Assembly (NCBI RefSeq): GCF_001194135.2
Contig: NC_068984.1
Span: 109,617,235 to 109,677,379, forward strand
DNA length: 60,145 nucleotides
Direction: 5' to 3'
Origin: Octopus bimaculoides
Taxonomy: Eukaryota
Positions within the stretch are counted from its first letter, which is position 1; every line of letters starts with the position of its first letter. The notes under the pieces are model-generated. The model did not search any database. It was not told where the DNA came from and saw only the letters and a program-made list of their open reading frames with translations. Below are positions 12,227-22,074 of the stretch, piece after piece. Position numbers and translations under genes: made by a program.

Positions 12227-12449
12227 GCTCATGGGCCCGATTTCCCGGTTTCTATGGCGTATGTGTTCCCCAGCTGGACGGGACGCCAGTCCATCGCAGT
12301 GTTACTCATTTTTTCCAGCTGAGTGGATTGGAGCAACGTGAAATGAAGTGTTTTGCTCAAGAACACAACGCGTCGCCCGGTCCAGGAATCGAAACCACAA
12401 TCTTACGATCATGATGCTGACACCCTAACCACTAAGCCACGTGCCTCCA
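12227..12449 (-). mobile_element. tRNA-derived SINE family B
   Basis: Head GGAGGCACGTGGCTTAGTGGTTAGGG...GGTTTCGATTCC (A and B boxes), followed by CTTGAGCAAAACACTT. Confidence 0.85.
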
Positions 12450-12472
12450 CGGTTAATATATTACATTATCTT

Positions 12473-12678
12473 AAAACGGTGAACTGGCAGAATCTTTCGT
12501 ACGCCGGGCAAAATGCTTCGTCTGTTTTTACGTTCTGAGTTCGAATTCCACCGAAGTCGTTTTTGCCTTTCATCCTTTCTGGGTCGATATAATAATTACC
12601 AGTTGAGCACTGGGGTCAATGTAATTGACTTACCTTCTCCCCCGAAATTGCTAGCCTTGTGTCAAAATTTGAAATCAG
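12473..12678 (+). mobile_element. SINE family C
   Basis: GGTGAACTGGCAGAATC...GAGTTCGAATTCC...CCTTTCATCCTTTCTGGGTCGAT...GAGCACTGGGGTCAATGTAAT. Confidence 0.85.
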
Positions 12679-12689
12679 TATCTTACATT

Positions 12690-12830
12690 GTCTTCGTTCT
12701 GAAGTCGACTTTACCATTCATCCCTTCGGGATCAATAATATATGTACGACACAAGTAGTGGGGTCGATATGATTGACGTACCCTGTCCCACAAAATTCTT
12801 GGCTTGTACCAAGATTTGAAACGAAAATAT
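12690..12830 (+). mobile_element. SINE family C, partial diverged copy
   Basis: GTCGACTTTACCATTCATCCCTTCGGGATCAATAA...GGGGTCGATATGATTGAC. Confidence 0.7.
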
Positions 12831-13197
12831 TACACTGCCTTCTTTAAGTCCATCATACATCTAGCATAACTTCACAGTTTAATATTTCCTCTCGATAAAT
12901 GAAATGTTAGTATCTAATAAATTTCTACAAACAACGATAACAGAATTCTATTATATTTCAGTACCTCCTTTGAAGAACGTATTTATTGATTTTCTGATAT
13001 ATTTTACAGGCATTTACCAAAGCTCTCAAACCCTCAAAGAATTATAATTTGTTTGTTGTCAATAATATCTTAAGGGTATGTATGGTGATGTGTACACCGT
13101 TGCTTAATTAGCAGGTTCATCAAGGCCACTTATGACTTTGACATTCTTATTCGTAACCTTATTAGCAAGCAAATATAAATGCTAGTTCCACATTAGA

Positions 13198-13520
13198 AGC
13201 AGGGGTAGCAGTGTGTTAAGAAGTTTGCTTCTAGCCCTGGGCAGACCAAAGCCCTGTGAATGGATTTGATAGACGGAAACTCAAAGCTCGTCGTTCACAT
13301 ATATATATATTTATACATGTATCTATGTGTGTTTGTGTTTGTCCCTCACCACTGCTCGACAACCGGTGTTTGTTTGTTTAAATCCTCATGAATTAGCGGT
13401 TCGGCAAAAAGAATCTGATAATATAAGTATCAGGCTTTAAAAATAAATACTGGACTCCATTTGTTCAACGAAACCCTTGGAAGCGGCGTCCCACGACGGC
13501 CATAATTCAAAGACAAACAC
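13198..13520 (+). mobile_element. SINE family A, internally deleted copy
   Basis: GACCAAAGCCCTGTGAATGGATTTGATAGACGGAAACT, central (TA)n, then TTAGCGGTTCGGCAAAA and a degenerate tail. Confidence 0.8.
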
Positions 13521-13574
13521 ACACATGCACATATATACACACATACATACATATATAATTTGATTGCCTGGCTC

Positions 13575-13891
13575 CCGGTCGCTTACGACCACATGTGTTC
13601 CAGTTGATCTAGCTAACGGAACAACCTGCATGTGAAATTAACGTGCAAGTGGCAGGGCACTCCACAAACACAGGTACCATTAACATCGTTCGCAGGGAGG
13701 GTCAGCATATCACAAAGTGCGACGAAGCTAGCCCTTTGAATTACAAGTACAACTTATTTTTGCCAGCTCAGTGGACTAGAGCAGCTTGAAATAAAGTGTC
13801 TTGCTCAAGGACACAATGCACTACCAGATATCGAACTCACGGCCTCACGATCGTGAGTCGAATACCCAAGCCACTAATCCATGCGCTTCTC
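13575..13891 (-). mobile_element. tRNA SINE, family B-related variant
   Basis: Head with TGGATTAGTGG and GAGTTCGATATC boxes, followed by CCTTGAGCAAGACACTT. Confidence 0.75.
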
Positions 13892-13932
13892 ACATCCATG
13901 CATTCATCCATGCCTTCGTGTATCTATCTATA

Positions 13933-14069
13933 TATTGGGTTGTCCAGAAAGTTCGTGCCGATTTGTAGTAGTTTACCTTTTGACTTATCTGCCATGAAAC
14001 CACCTCAATTCTGGGAAGAGGGTATTTTCAAGTTAAAGGAAAGATGGAGACGCATTGTGTAACAAAATG
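13933..14069 (+). mobile_element. Internally deleted mariner element (TIR joined to transposase C-terminus)
   Basis: TATTGGGTTGTCCAGAAAGTTCGTGCCGATTT end, followed directly by KPPQFWEEGIFKLKERWRRIV (mariner C-terminal pattern). Runs into a gap. Confidence 0.65.
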
Positions 14070-14155
14070 NNNNNNNNNNNNNNNNNNNNNNNNNNNNNNN
14101 NNNNNNNNNNNNNNNNNNNNNNNNNNNNNNNNNNNNNNNNNNNNNNNNNNNNNNN

Positions 14156-14213
<58 letters not shown>

Positions 14214-14224
14214 TTACGAAGTGC

Positions 14225-14375
14225 TTCCATACATTTTCCATCCACCAAATTCATTCATGTGACATTATTCGACCCAGAGTTATAGTGAAAAGATACTTGC
14301 CTAAGATGCCGCAGGATGGGACTGAATCCGAAGGTACATGGTTGCAAAATGAGATTCGTTGCTACACATCTACAC
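14225..14375 (-). mobile_element. SINE family A, diverged head half
   Basis: ATACTTGCCTAAGATGCCGCAGGATGGGACTGAATCCG matches the head of family A. Confidence 0.7.
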
Positions 14376-14399
14376 TTGTATGTACATGTACATGTATGT

Positions 14400-14560
14400 G
14401 AAGGCGTGTGGCCCAGGGGTTAGGGTGTTGCACTAACGATCACCAGATCACGGGTTCGATTCCAGGACCGGACAGCGTGTTGTGTTCTTAAGCGAAACGC
14501 TTGATTTCATGTTGCTCGAGTGCTGTGTGGAGACCGGCATGTCAAAAAAATAGACTCAAC
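14400..14560 (+). mobile_element. SINE family B head
   Basis: GGCGTGTGGCCCAGGGGTTAGGG...GGGTTCGATTCCAGG...TTCTTAAGCGAAACGCTT. Confidence 0.8.
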
Positions 14561-15159
14561 GTTTGTTTCCTCTGCGTTGCCGTGGAAAGCGAATAAAAGG
14601 GATTGAGGTAGGATTTGCACTACGATCTCGTAAAACCCTCAACAGCAATGACTACCCAAACAAACCCATGGTTTGGAGGGTTATCGCCTGAGTGGTGCAA
14701 AGGTGTCATCGGCCAGAAGCAGGGAATCACCAACAAACGGTGGATGCAGTGATGCACTGTTACAGCGCATGACCCCCATCTACTATTTCGTGGGTGCCTG
14801 TGAAAATTTATAAGAGTATAGGAGTGAGAGAGAAAAAGGTGGCGGTGGCGGGGAACAGACAGAGGTTGAGAGTAATATTTAGAGAGATGGAAAGTGTGCA
14901 TAGGGTGCAACGGGTGAAGAGAAGGAGAAAATGCAAAAATTCCCGAAAATTGATTAATAGTTAAAATTTAAAATTCTAATTAAAATTTTAGAAATAAACT
15001 GTTTTCAATTATTTTACTTCTGATAAATTTTCAATGATATGGAAATATATTCTCGTTAAGAATGCGGCACGAGCGGAGATGCAGATTTTTGTCCTCTAGA
15101 TACTTCATAAATATAGTACTTTAGATAATTACGTTAACTTATCTTTATCGTTTAATTTT

Positions 15160-15345
15160 TTATCTCTTACTTGTTTCAGTCATTGGATTGCAGCCATGCT
15201 GGGGCATCGCCTTGAAGGATCGTGTTCAAACAAATCAACCCTAGTGCTTTTTTTCTTTTAAAAAGAATGTATTGTACTTTTGCCAAGCCGCTAAGTTACT
15301 GGGTTGTGGAGACATAAACAAACCATCACCGGTTATTAAGCAGAA
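15160..15345 (-). mobile_element. SINE family A, 3' half
   Basis: TTACTTGTTTCAGTCATTGGATTGCAGCCATGCTGGGGCATCGCC tail. Confidence 0.8.
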
Positions 15346-15639
15346 TGCCCCTTTCTTCCAACCAGTTGGTCAAGCTTGATATCCATATCATCTTTCTCTT
15401 TTCTCTGCTTTTTTACCCCTTTCAATCCTCATGGTCATCGTTAAATTCTCCATGCCCTCTTCCCTCATCATACAACCAAGAAATCTCAGTTGCTTGGCCC
15501 TGATTTCATGAAGCAGTTTCCTACTAACCACTGTCCAGGTCGTCATTTCTTCATGACAAACTGTTTAGCAATTTTAATAATGATTCTACCCCTCGATTTT
15601 ATCGCTATTTCACTCACAGGTTATATATACATACATATA

Positions 15640-16200
15640 GGCGCAGGAGTGGCTGTGTGGTAAGTAGTTTCCTTTCCAACCACATGGTTCCGGGTTCATT
15701 CCCACTGCGTGACACCTTGGGCAAGTGTCTTCTACTATAGCCTCGGGCCGACCAAAGCCTTGTGAGTGGATTTGGTAGACGGAAACTGAAAGAAGCCAGT
15801 CGTATATATGTATATATATATATATATATATATNNNNNNNNNNNNNNNNNNNNNNNNNNNNNNNNNNNNNNNNNNNNNNNNNNNNNNNNNNNNNNNNNNN
15901 NNNNNNNNNNNNNNNNNNNNNNNNNNNNNNNNNNNNNNNNNNNNNNNNNNNNNNNNNNNNTGTGTGTGTATATGTTTGTGTGTCTGTGTTTGTCCCCCCA
16001 ACATCGCATGACAACCGATGCTGGTGTGTTTACGTCCCCGTAACTTAGCGGTTCGGCAAAAGAGACCGATAGAATAAGTACTAGGCTTACAAAGAATAAG
16101 TCCTGGGGTCGATTTGCTCGACTAAAGGCGGTGCTCCAGCATGGCCGCAGTCAAATGACTGAAACAAGTAAAAGAGTAAAAGAGTAAAGAGAGTAAGAGT
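15640..16200 (+). mobile_element. tRNA-derived SINE family A, full-length reference copy
   Basis: Head GGCGCAGGAGTGGCTGTGTGG (A box)...GGGTTCATTCCC (B box); body CCTTGGGCAAGTGTCTT...GAAACTGAAAGAAGCCAGTCG; central (TA)n/gap/(TG)n; 3' part ending GACTGAAACAAG-(TAAAAGAG)n. Confidence 0.95.
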
Positions 16201-16297
16201 ATACTGAGAATATTCAGTCTCAATCATTCATCCAGCATTGGGTATTTAGAGCTACTTTACGCAATGTATCCCTAGACACCGAACCCTTTTTTTATGC

Positions 16298-16363
16298 CAA
16301 GGATGAGATGACGACTGGGGAATATCATCTCAAGGATGAGATGACGACTGCGGAAAATCACCT
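16298..16363. repeat. 33-bp tandem duplication
   Basis: CAAGGATGAGATGACGACTGGGGAATATCATCT followed by CAAGGATGAGATGACGACTGCGGAAAATCACCT. Confidence 0.85.
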
Positions 16364-16439
16364 GAACAGAAGCCCAGTGAGCCACGTTTTGAATTCAGTA
16401 CTGTGAATGCTGATTGGTTGAGATTGGTTGCTCAACTAC

Positions 16440-16595
16440 ACTGAAAAATGGATGATAAATGCTAGAAATGACGGTCAAATCTCTCTCAGAACACACCCTA
16501 CAGTCTTTAAAAAGAAATTACGTTGGATAATTTGGTTTTGATGCTGAGTTCCTTATACACAGAAAACAGATTGGACAAACATGGCTATTACACTG
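16440..16595. repeat. Dispersed repeat family F fragment
   Basis: GCTAGAAATGACGGTCAAATCTCTCTCAG...TACGTTGGATAAT; the inverse of 3470-3570. Confidence 0.6.
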
Positions 16596-16603
16596 TGTAA
16601 TGC

Positions 16604-17017
16604 AACTTTTGTCCTTGTTATTCTCTATTTGCTTACCCCCTAGAAAGTATGAAAAAGGATGATATTTTCTTCAAACTTTGCTTTTGTTACATTTATTCAA
16701 ACCCCAAAGAACCCCTCTCAGCTCATGGCTTGGGTATTTAGCTCATTGTCAGCCACTAAGGCACATGCTCAAGTGGTTAAGGTCAAGCAAATAACAAGCA
16801 AAACTGTGGTAATGAGCAGAATATTTACTATAGCATAACAATATTTCTGCTTCAGCAACTCAGCACTGAACCTGTCTGAAATGTAATGGAAATTACGTCA
16901 GTTTCAAAACATTGATGTCCGGGTCAGAAAAGCGAAATTTGAAGGGAATAGAAGTCATTTCCTTTGATTTCTAGGTAGAAGCAAATAGGAAATAATTCAC
17001 TGACCAAAGACAAAATT
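16604..17017. mobile_element. Non-autonomous DNA transposon with ~45-bp imperfect TIRs
   Basis: Left end AACTTTTGTCCTTGTTATTCTCTATTTGCTTACCCCCTAGAAA versus the reverse complement of the right end, AATTTTGTCTTTGG(tcagtgaa)TTATTTCCTATTTGCTTCTACCTAGAAA. Confidence 0.6.
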
Positions 17018-17331
17018 AAATGAAAGAATTTGTTAAGCTATGTTTTCTTTGATCGTAGAGGCCTCCTAAGTCAGCTTTGACATGGAACTAAGCAATCAGA
17101 ACAACTTCCTCCATTAACATCATTACTAGTACCATCACAGCATCCATCACCACAATGGTTCCGCTACCACTACCATCACCGCTACCAAGATCCTTACCAT
17201 CTCCATTATCATAGCAACTACGACTATTAAGAGTATCCTTTCATCGTTAATCAGTCGATTACACTATTATCACTACTCATATATCTGTCAAACCCCATTA
17301 CATTTTACCATCAACAACTTAATTTGGCCTC

Positions 17332-17377
<46 letters not shown>

Positions 17378-17387
17378 ATATATATAT

Positions 17388-17517
17388 ACATCATCATCAT
17401 CGTCGTTTAATGTTAGTCTTCCATACCGTCTTGTAGTGGATGGTTTCACAGAGGACTGCATCAAGCTCCACTGTCTGCTTTAGCATGGTTTCTATGGCTG
17501 GATGTCCTTCCTACATC
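17388..17517 (-). mobile_element. Retroposon 3' tail ending in (GAT)n, RTE-type
   Basis: CATCATCATCATCGTCGTTTAATG...GCATGGTTTCTATGGCTGGATGTCCTTCCTA. A short (GAT)n tail is typical of RTE-clade ends; the family assignment is from recall. Confidence 0.5.
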
Positions 17518-17545
17518 CACACACACACACACACACACACACATG

Positions 17546-17577
<32 letters not shown>

Positions 17578-17578
17578 T

Positions 17579-18040
17579 CAAATGAAAATGGACAACAAAT
17601 CTAAAACAGGACGAGTATCTCAGGTCTTTCTTTTAGAATATTTAATTAAAGTTAATAAAGCAAAAAATAGAGAAGCAGAAGTAATTAATATCTTACAGCT
17701 GTTTCTGAGATAGTCTGTCATCAGAGACAAGTTGTGTATGTAGACAGAGAATTCACAGTGTATACAAGAATAAAACAGTAGGTATAAGAATAAAGGTAGC
17801 GGAAGAATAATGACAGTTTTGTTCTTTTATAAACTGTGAATTCTCTCTCTGGAACTTTTCTACATACACGCCTGACGGAGGTAGTGTATAGAGATGTTGA
17901 CCCATCACCTGGGATATCTCAGAAACAGCTGTAATACATCAATTAAATATCTCAGAAACAGCTGTAATGCATCTAATTAAATACTCTAAAAGACCGGAGA
18001 TACTCGTCCAGCCTTGGTTTTGTTGTCCATTTTCCTTTAA
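17579..18040. mobile_element. Fold-back element of two inverted ~200-bp arms, each with a hammerhead-like motif (HHR family 2; Penelope-like pLTR pair)
   Basis: The arms share AAAATGGACAACAAA, GGACGAGTATCTC, TTACAGCTGTTTCTGAGAT, TGTATGTAGA and GAGAATTCACAG in inverted orientation. The spacer is about 35 bp, both outer ends abut TA repeats, and there is a 33-bp duplication at 17914-17980. Confidence 0.8.
17689..17729 (-). ncRNA. Minimal type I hammerhead ribozyme motif (family 2)
   Basis: Minus strand reads TGTCT-CTGATGA-cagactatctca-GAAA-C-AGCT-G-TA-AGATA: intact core, 5-bp stem I, palindromic stem III ACAGCTGT, GUA site; stem II weak. Confidence 0.7.
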
Positions 18041-18180
18041 TATATACCTGCAAACTCAGAAGCGTACTGCGGATCCCTAGCTCCAGCCTCAGCTATGAAA
18101 TTGGAACCTAACAGATGACCAATTATAGCACTTACCCATCGTATCTATTCGTTTAGATCATCAGTGAACTAAACCTCTCA

Positions 18181-18214
<34 letters not shown>

Positions 18215-18292
18215 TGAACAGTTAATTATCTTTGGTTCCACGTATGGAGTGGGGGGGGGACAACATGTGTCCTGGTATTTCTGACCTTGTGC

Positions 18293-18872
18293 AAAATCCA
18301 TCATTTATTCCCTTATGAGTTTTTTTTCACGCTAGCTACTTGATACATTCTTATAAAAGAATTCATCCTATTATTGAATTAACTAAATAAATAACCAGAA
18401 TATATTAAGTGCTGAATTTATTCTGAAAAAAACACATGTACTGAGGTGCAATTCGAAAAGCCCGCCACTTACATAGATATATAGGGACAAACAATCTTCT
18501 ATGTACTACGCTGGATACACGAGGTGCTGGTTTGGTATGTTGATCTGTTTATTTCTGTGTCTTGACCATATTATACTAACGAGTAGAAGTTGCATAATAC
18601 TGCAATAACTACGAAATCATGATCTATAATTTAGTTCGTTTTTAAGGGGTTGGCTTTGAGAGTTGCATTTCCTCGCGTTCGGTAAAAATATGTTTATTAT
18701 GGTAGTTTGACCTTAGAGTCCCTCTTAGCGTGAGGCATTCATGTATAGTAATGCCCTTATATAAATAAATATATTTTGGGGAATAAATGATGGATTTTTC
18801 CCATATGAGGTTTTTTTCAAGCTAGCTACTTGATAAATTCTTATAAAAGAATTCATCCTATTATTGAATTAT
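18293..18872 (+). mobile_element. Retrozyme/Penelope-like non-coding element: 490-nt monomer with terminal direct repeat (HHR family 4)
   Basis: Direct repeat 18314-18381 / 18804-18871 (68 nt, 3 mismatches, offset 490; the right copy runs into a gap). 18293-18312 is a perfect inverted copy of 18779-18798. One internal hammerhead motif. Confidence 0.8.
18570..18630 (+). ncRNA. Type I hammerhead ribozyme motif (family 4) with G5A core change
   Basis: ATTATA-CTAACGA-GTAG-aa-GTTGCA-taatac-TGCAAT-aa-CTAC-GAAA-T-CATG-A-TC-TATAAT: perfect 6-bp stem I, two-part stem II, palindromic stem III ATCATGAT, AUC site. Confidence 0.8.
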
Positions 18873-19527
18873 NNNNNNNNNNNNNNNNNNNNNNNNNNNN
18901 NNNNNNNNNNNNNNNNNNNNNNNNNNNAAAGATGTTGTAGTTAAAAAATTTTTTTTTTCTCATTTTTATCTTACACCTTTACTATAACACACCTGTTTCT
19001 GTTGATACTATTATTATATATTTTCCATTTTTTTTCCTGCTCCATCCAACATACATCCACACACATATATATCTATGTACAGATCCCTTACCTTGTTTCA
19101 CTTATCTCTCTTAACTTTTTCCAATTCTTTGCTTTTGTGTTCTGCTTTTTTCCTTATGGTGTCATATAATTTTTTTATTGCCTTCGTTATAAAAAAAAAA
19201 AAGACAATTGATATTTTTACTGTTATTATGATTACCATTATTTTTTTGTTTTTTGATGTTTATATTGTAATCTATTTTTGTCTTTCTTTAAAACCATTTT
19301 TTAGGTCTCCTCTTCTGTCCTGATAATCTTCTCTGTTTTTTTTTTTTTACTATATTAGAAACATTTTTGGAAGGAATGTCAAAGTAAGAAGAAAAAAATG
19401 TAAATGAAAGATCTTGTTCTTGTTGTTTGGTGGAGGTTTGTAATTGTGAAAAGATAGAAAAGCAACAACTTTCACGCTATCAAACAGTAAAAACAAATCC
19501 ATAGAATTAACCTCAGGAGTACAAAAC

Positions 19528-19584
19528 TTGTTATTCACCATCACCATCGTCATCATCCTCATCAACAACATCACCAACACCACC

Positions 19585-19622
<38 letters not shown>

Positions 19623-19830
19623 TGTCGACGTCATCATTATTATAATTATCATCATCACTACCATCACCACTACCACTACCTCCACCACCTTAACCATGAT
19701 GATCATTATTGTCATCGTCATCATCATTAGTGTGGTTGTCATCATCATCATCTTCTTCATCATTGTTGTTTTCATCCTCATTGATGTTCTCATCATCATT
19801 ATCATTGTTATAATGTTTGCTTTCCGATGA
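19528..19830. repeat. (CAT)n-rich trinucleotide low-complexity tract
   Basis: ATC/ACC runs; source of the poly-M and poly-I ORFs. Confidence 0.9.
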
Positions 19831-19989
19831 TTGTATGGAGTCAGATAGAATTCACTGTGGTACATTTTTCCAGGTCTTGGTGAGCCCTTCATGCTGCCAA
19901 CCTTCACCTGATTCTGAGTAAGGCAACAGTTCCCCATGGCCAGACATATTTCCATGAAAGACTGGACAAGAGGTACACCACTTGTATGA

Positions 19990-20185
19990 TAGTGTCAACT
20001 GGTTTTCGATCCCACGATACTTATTTTTTTCAGCTTAGTATTTATTCTATCATTCTCTTTTAGAGAACCACTAAGTTTTGGCCAAGTTAACACACCAACA
20101 CCAGTTGTCACTGTTGGTGGGAGATGAACAAAGACACATAAACATGCACATAGACACACACACACACACACACACAAACACATAT
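19990..20185 (-). mobile_element. SINE family A, diverged 3' half
   Basis: TAGTATTTATTCTATC...GAACCACTAAGTT...AACACACCAACACCAGTTGTCA followed by (CA)n. Confidence 0.7.
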
Positions 20186-20351
20186 ATATAATTTCATTTC
20201 AGGGACTTTTTAAAACTACTCTGGCTGACCAGGACTATTCTTAGTACTTGTCATAAAAAGGTTATGTGCCTCCACCCAACAAGCTCTGTAGGTCTCCTAT
20301 ATTGCTAAAAGCAATAATAAATATGAAACCAATGGTAACTTTCTGATTGGC

Positions 20352-20657
20352 CAGCAATTAGTGCAAGGTCATCAGCATAGAGAAGCTCCCAGGGGCATTC
20401 TGTCCTGAATTCCTCTGTTATCACCTGGAGGACTATGATAAATAAGAGGGGGCTGAGGACAGAACCTTGGTGGACCCCTACCTCTACCCGGAATTCTTCC
20501 CTGTATTCATTGCCAACACTCACCTTACTGACAGCGTCTCTGTACATGGCTCGCACAGCTCTCACTAACCATTCTTCTATCCCTAGTTTCCTCATTGACC
20601 ACCAGATAAGGGATCGGGGGACTCTGTCAAAGGCTTTCTCCATGTCAGTGAAAGCCG
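20352..20657 (-). mobile_element. RTE-clade LINE reverse transcriptase fragment
   Basis: DMEKAFDRVPR...VGVHQGSVLSPLLFIIVL...WELLYADDLALIA: RT domains including the YADD catalytic motif, open over about 100 codons. Confidence 0.92.
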
Positions 20658-20852
20658 ATTATATATATATATATATATATAAGCACACACAGGTGAGCAA
20701 AACAAAGTGGAAAAAACAGTACTTGATTATCAAAGGTAGAATAAAATACTTTTTTATTAAATCTGCCAAATTATCATAGAACAGAGATAGTTTTGCAGCT
20801 TTAATAAAAAGTATATCTATATAAACATACATATAAACATATATATATATGA

Positions 20853-20894
<42 letters not shown>

Positions 20895-20899
<5 letters not shown>

Positions 20900-21030
20900 C
20901 AAAGGGCTTCTTTCAGTTTCTGTTCACAAAGCTTTGGTTGGATTGAGGCTATTATAGAAGACAGTGGGACTGAATCCGGAATCATCTGGTTGTGAAGCAA
21001 ACTTCTTACCACCCAGTCATGCCTGCTCCT
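20895..21030 (-). mobile_element. SINE family A, head half with deletions
   Basis: GGGCTTCTTTCAGTTTCTG...CAGTGGGACTGAATCCGGAATCAT...CTTACCACCCAGTC. Confidence 0.8.
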
Positions 21031-21484
21031 TGAACACACACACACGTGTATATATACATAAACATATATACAGGAAGGTACGGTAAACCCCCACCTGTTT
21101 CCCTCTTGAAGCACATCTGCTTATTCTATTATTACATCAAAATGTAGCCAAAGATATTGCTGTATATTAGTTGAAATACATATTAAAATTGAGAATTATG
21201 GGAATATCATTTGCTGAGTTACTGTATAGCAAAACAGGAAAGTAGAAGGTTTTTGATATTATTTATTCTCCGTTACACACGTTTCCTTTGCAAATAGGAA
21301 TTACAAAGATTTACATATTAGATAGACATGTAAGAAATTTTCCTATTAGAAATTCACAAGAGAAAGAAAAAAATTTTATGACTATAATGAAAAACTTTCC
21401 CTGTTTGACGAATTTCTAATTGGAATCTCCTTACAAGATTATGTAAACCTTTGTAATTCTTATTTGCAAATGAGATATGTGTAA

Positions 21485-21890
21485 TGGAGAATAAATAATG
21501 GGTCCAAACTTTGGTTTTGGGAGCTATATATGAGCCCCTGAACTGGATGTTACTGCACAGTTCCAAAGGTCCCAGCTATCCTATTTAGAGTGAGAAACAT
21601 GCATTGCAATATTTTGGCATTCAAGGGCCCACAGCTATTTAATGCCTTGCCAAAACACCTGAGGTATCTTCATGGAATAGGGGTACTTGTTTTCAAGGAA
21701 CAACTTTCCTTCTGCTATCCAAGGTTCCAGATAAACCTATATCAAGGCAGGAAACTTAAAAGAGGGCAGCAGTGTCAAACTCCTACCTTTACCAAAAACC
21801 AATTACATAAGATTGTCTATTGAGAAGCTGATTACTACACTGGTGGAGCTCCAGCAAGGCCACAACCTTAGGAATGGAGCATATAAAAGA

Positions 21891-21892
<2 letters not shown>
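21485..21892 (+). mobile_element. CR1-clade LINE 3' end, second subfamily
   Basis: CTVPKVPAILFRVRNMHCNILAFKGPQLFNALPKHLRYLHGIGVLVFKEQL, then after a frameshift KVPDKPISRQE...RAAVSNS. The 3' UTR contains GGTGGAGCTCCAGCAAGGCCACA. Confidence 0.85.
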
Positions 21893-21929
<37 letters not shown>

Positions 21930-22074
21930 NNNNNNNNNNNNNNNNNNNNNNNNNNNNNNNNNNNNNNNNNNNNNNNNNNNNNNNNNNNNNNNNNNNNNNN
22001 NNNNNNNNNNNNNNNNNNNNNNNNTTGTAAACATATATATATTGTTTTTATATAAATATTATTTACTACATATA

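Noticed and set aside
14590-14790. GC-richer stretch with LSPEWCKGVI, faintly like an RTE RT N-terminal motif
   Set aside because: Too short and degenerate to call.
16141-16175. SINE A tail AGTC-AAAT-GACT-GAAACAAGTA resembling a hammerhead 3' half
   Set aside because: There is no CUGANGA core upstream and no stem I; it is better explained as the LINE-recognition hairpin.
19350-19955. 201-aa Met-rich ORF
   Set aside because: Produced by the (GAT)n tract. The non-repetitive ends match nothing I recognise, and the alternative acidic frame has stops.
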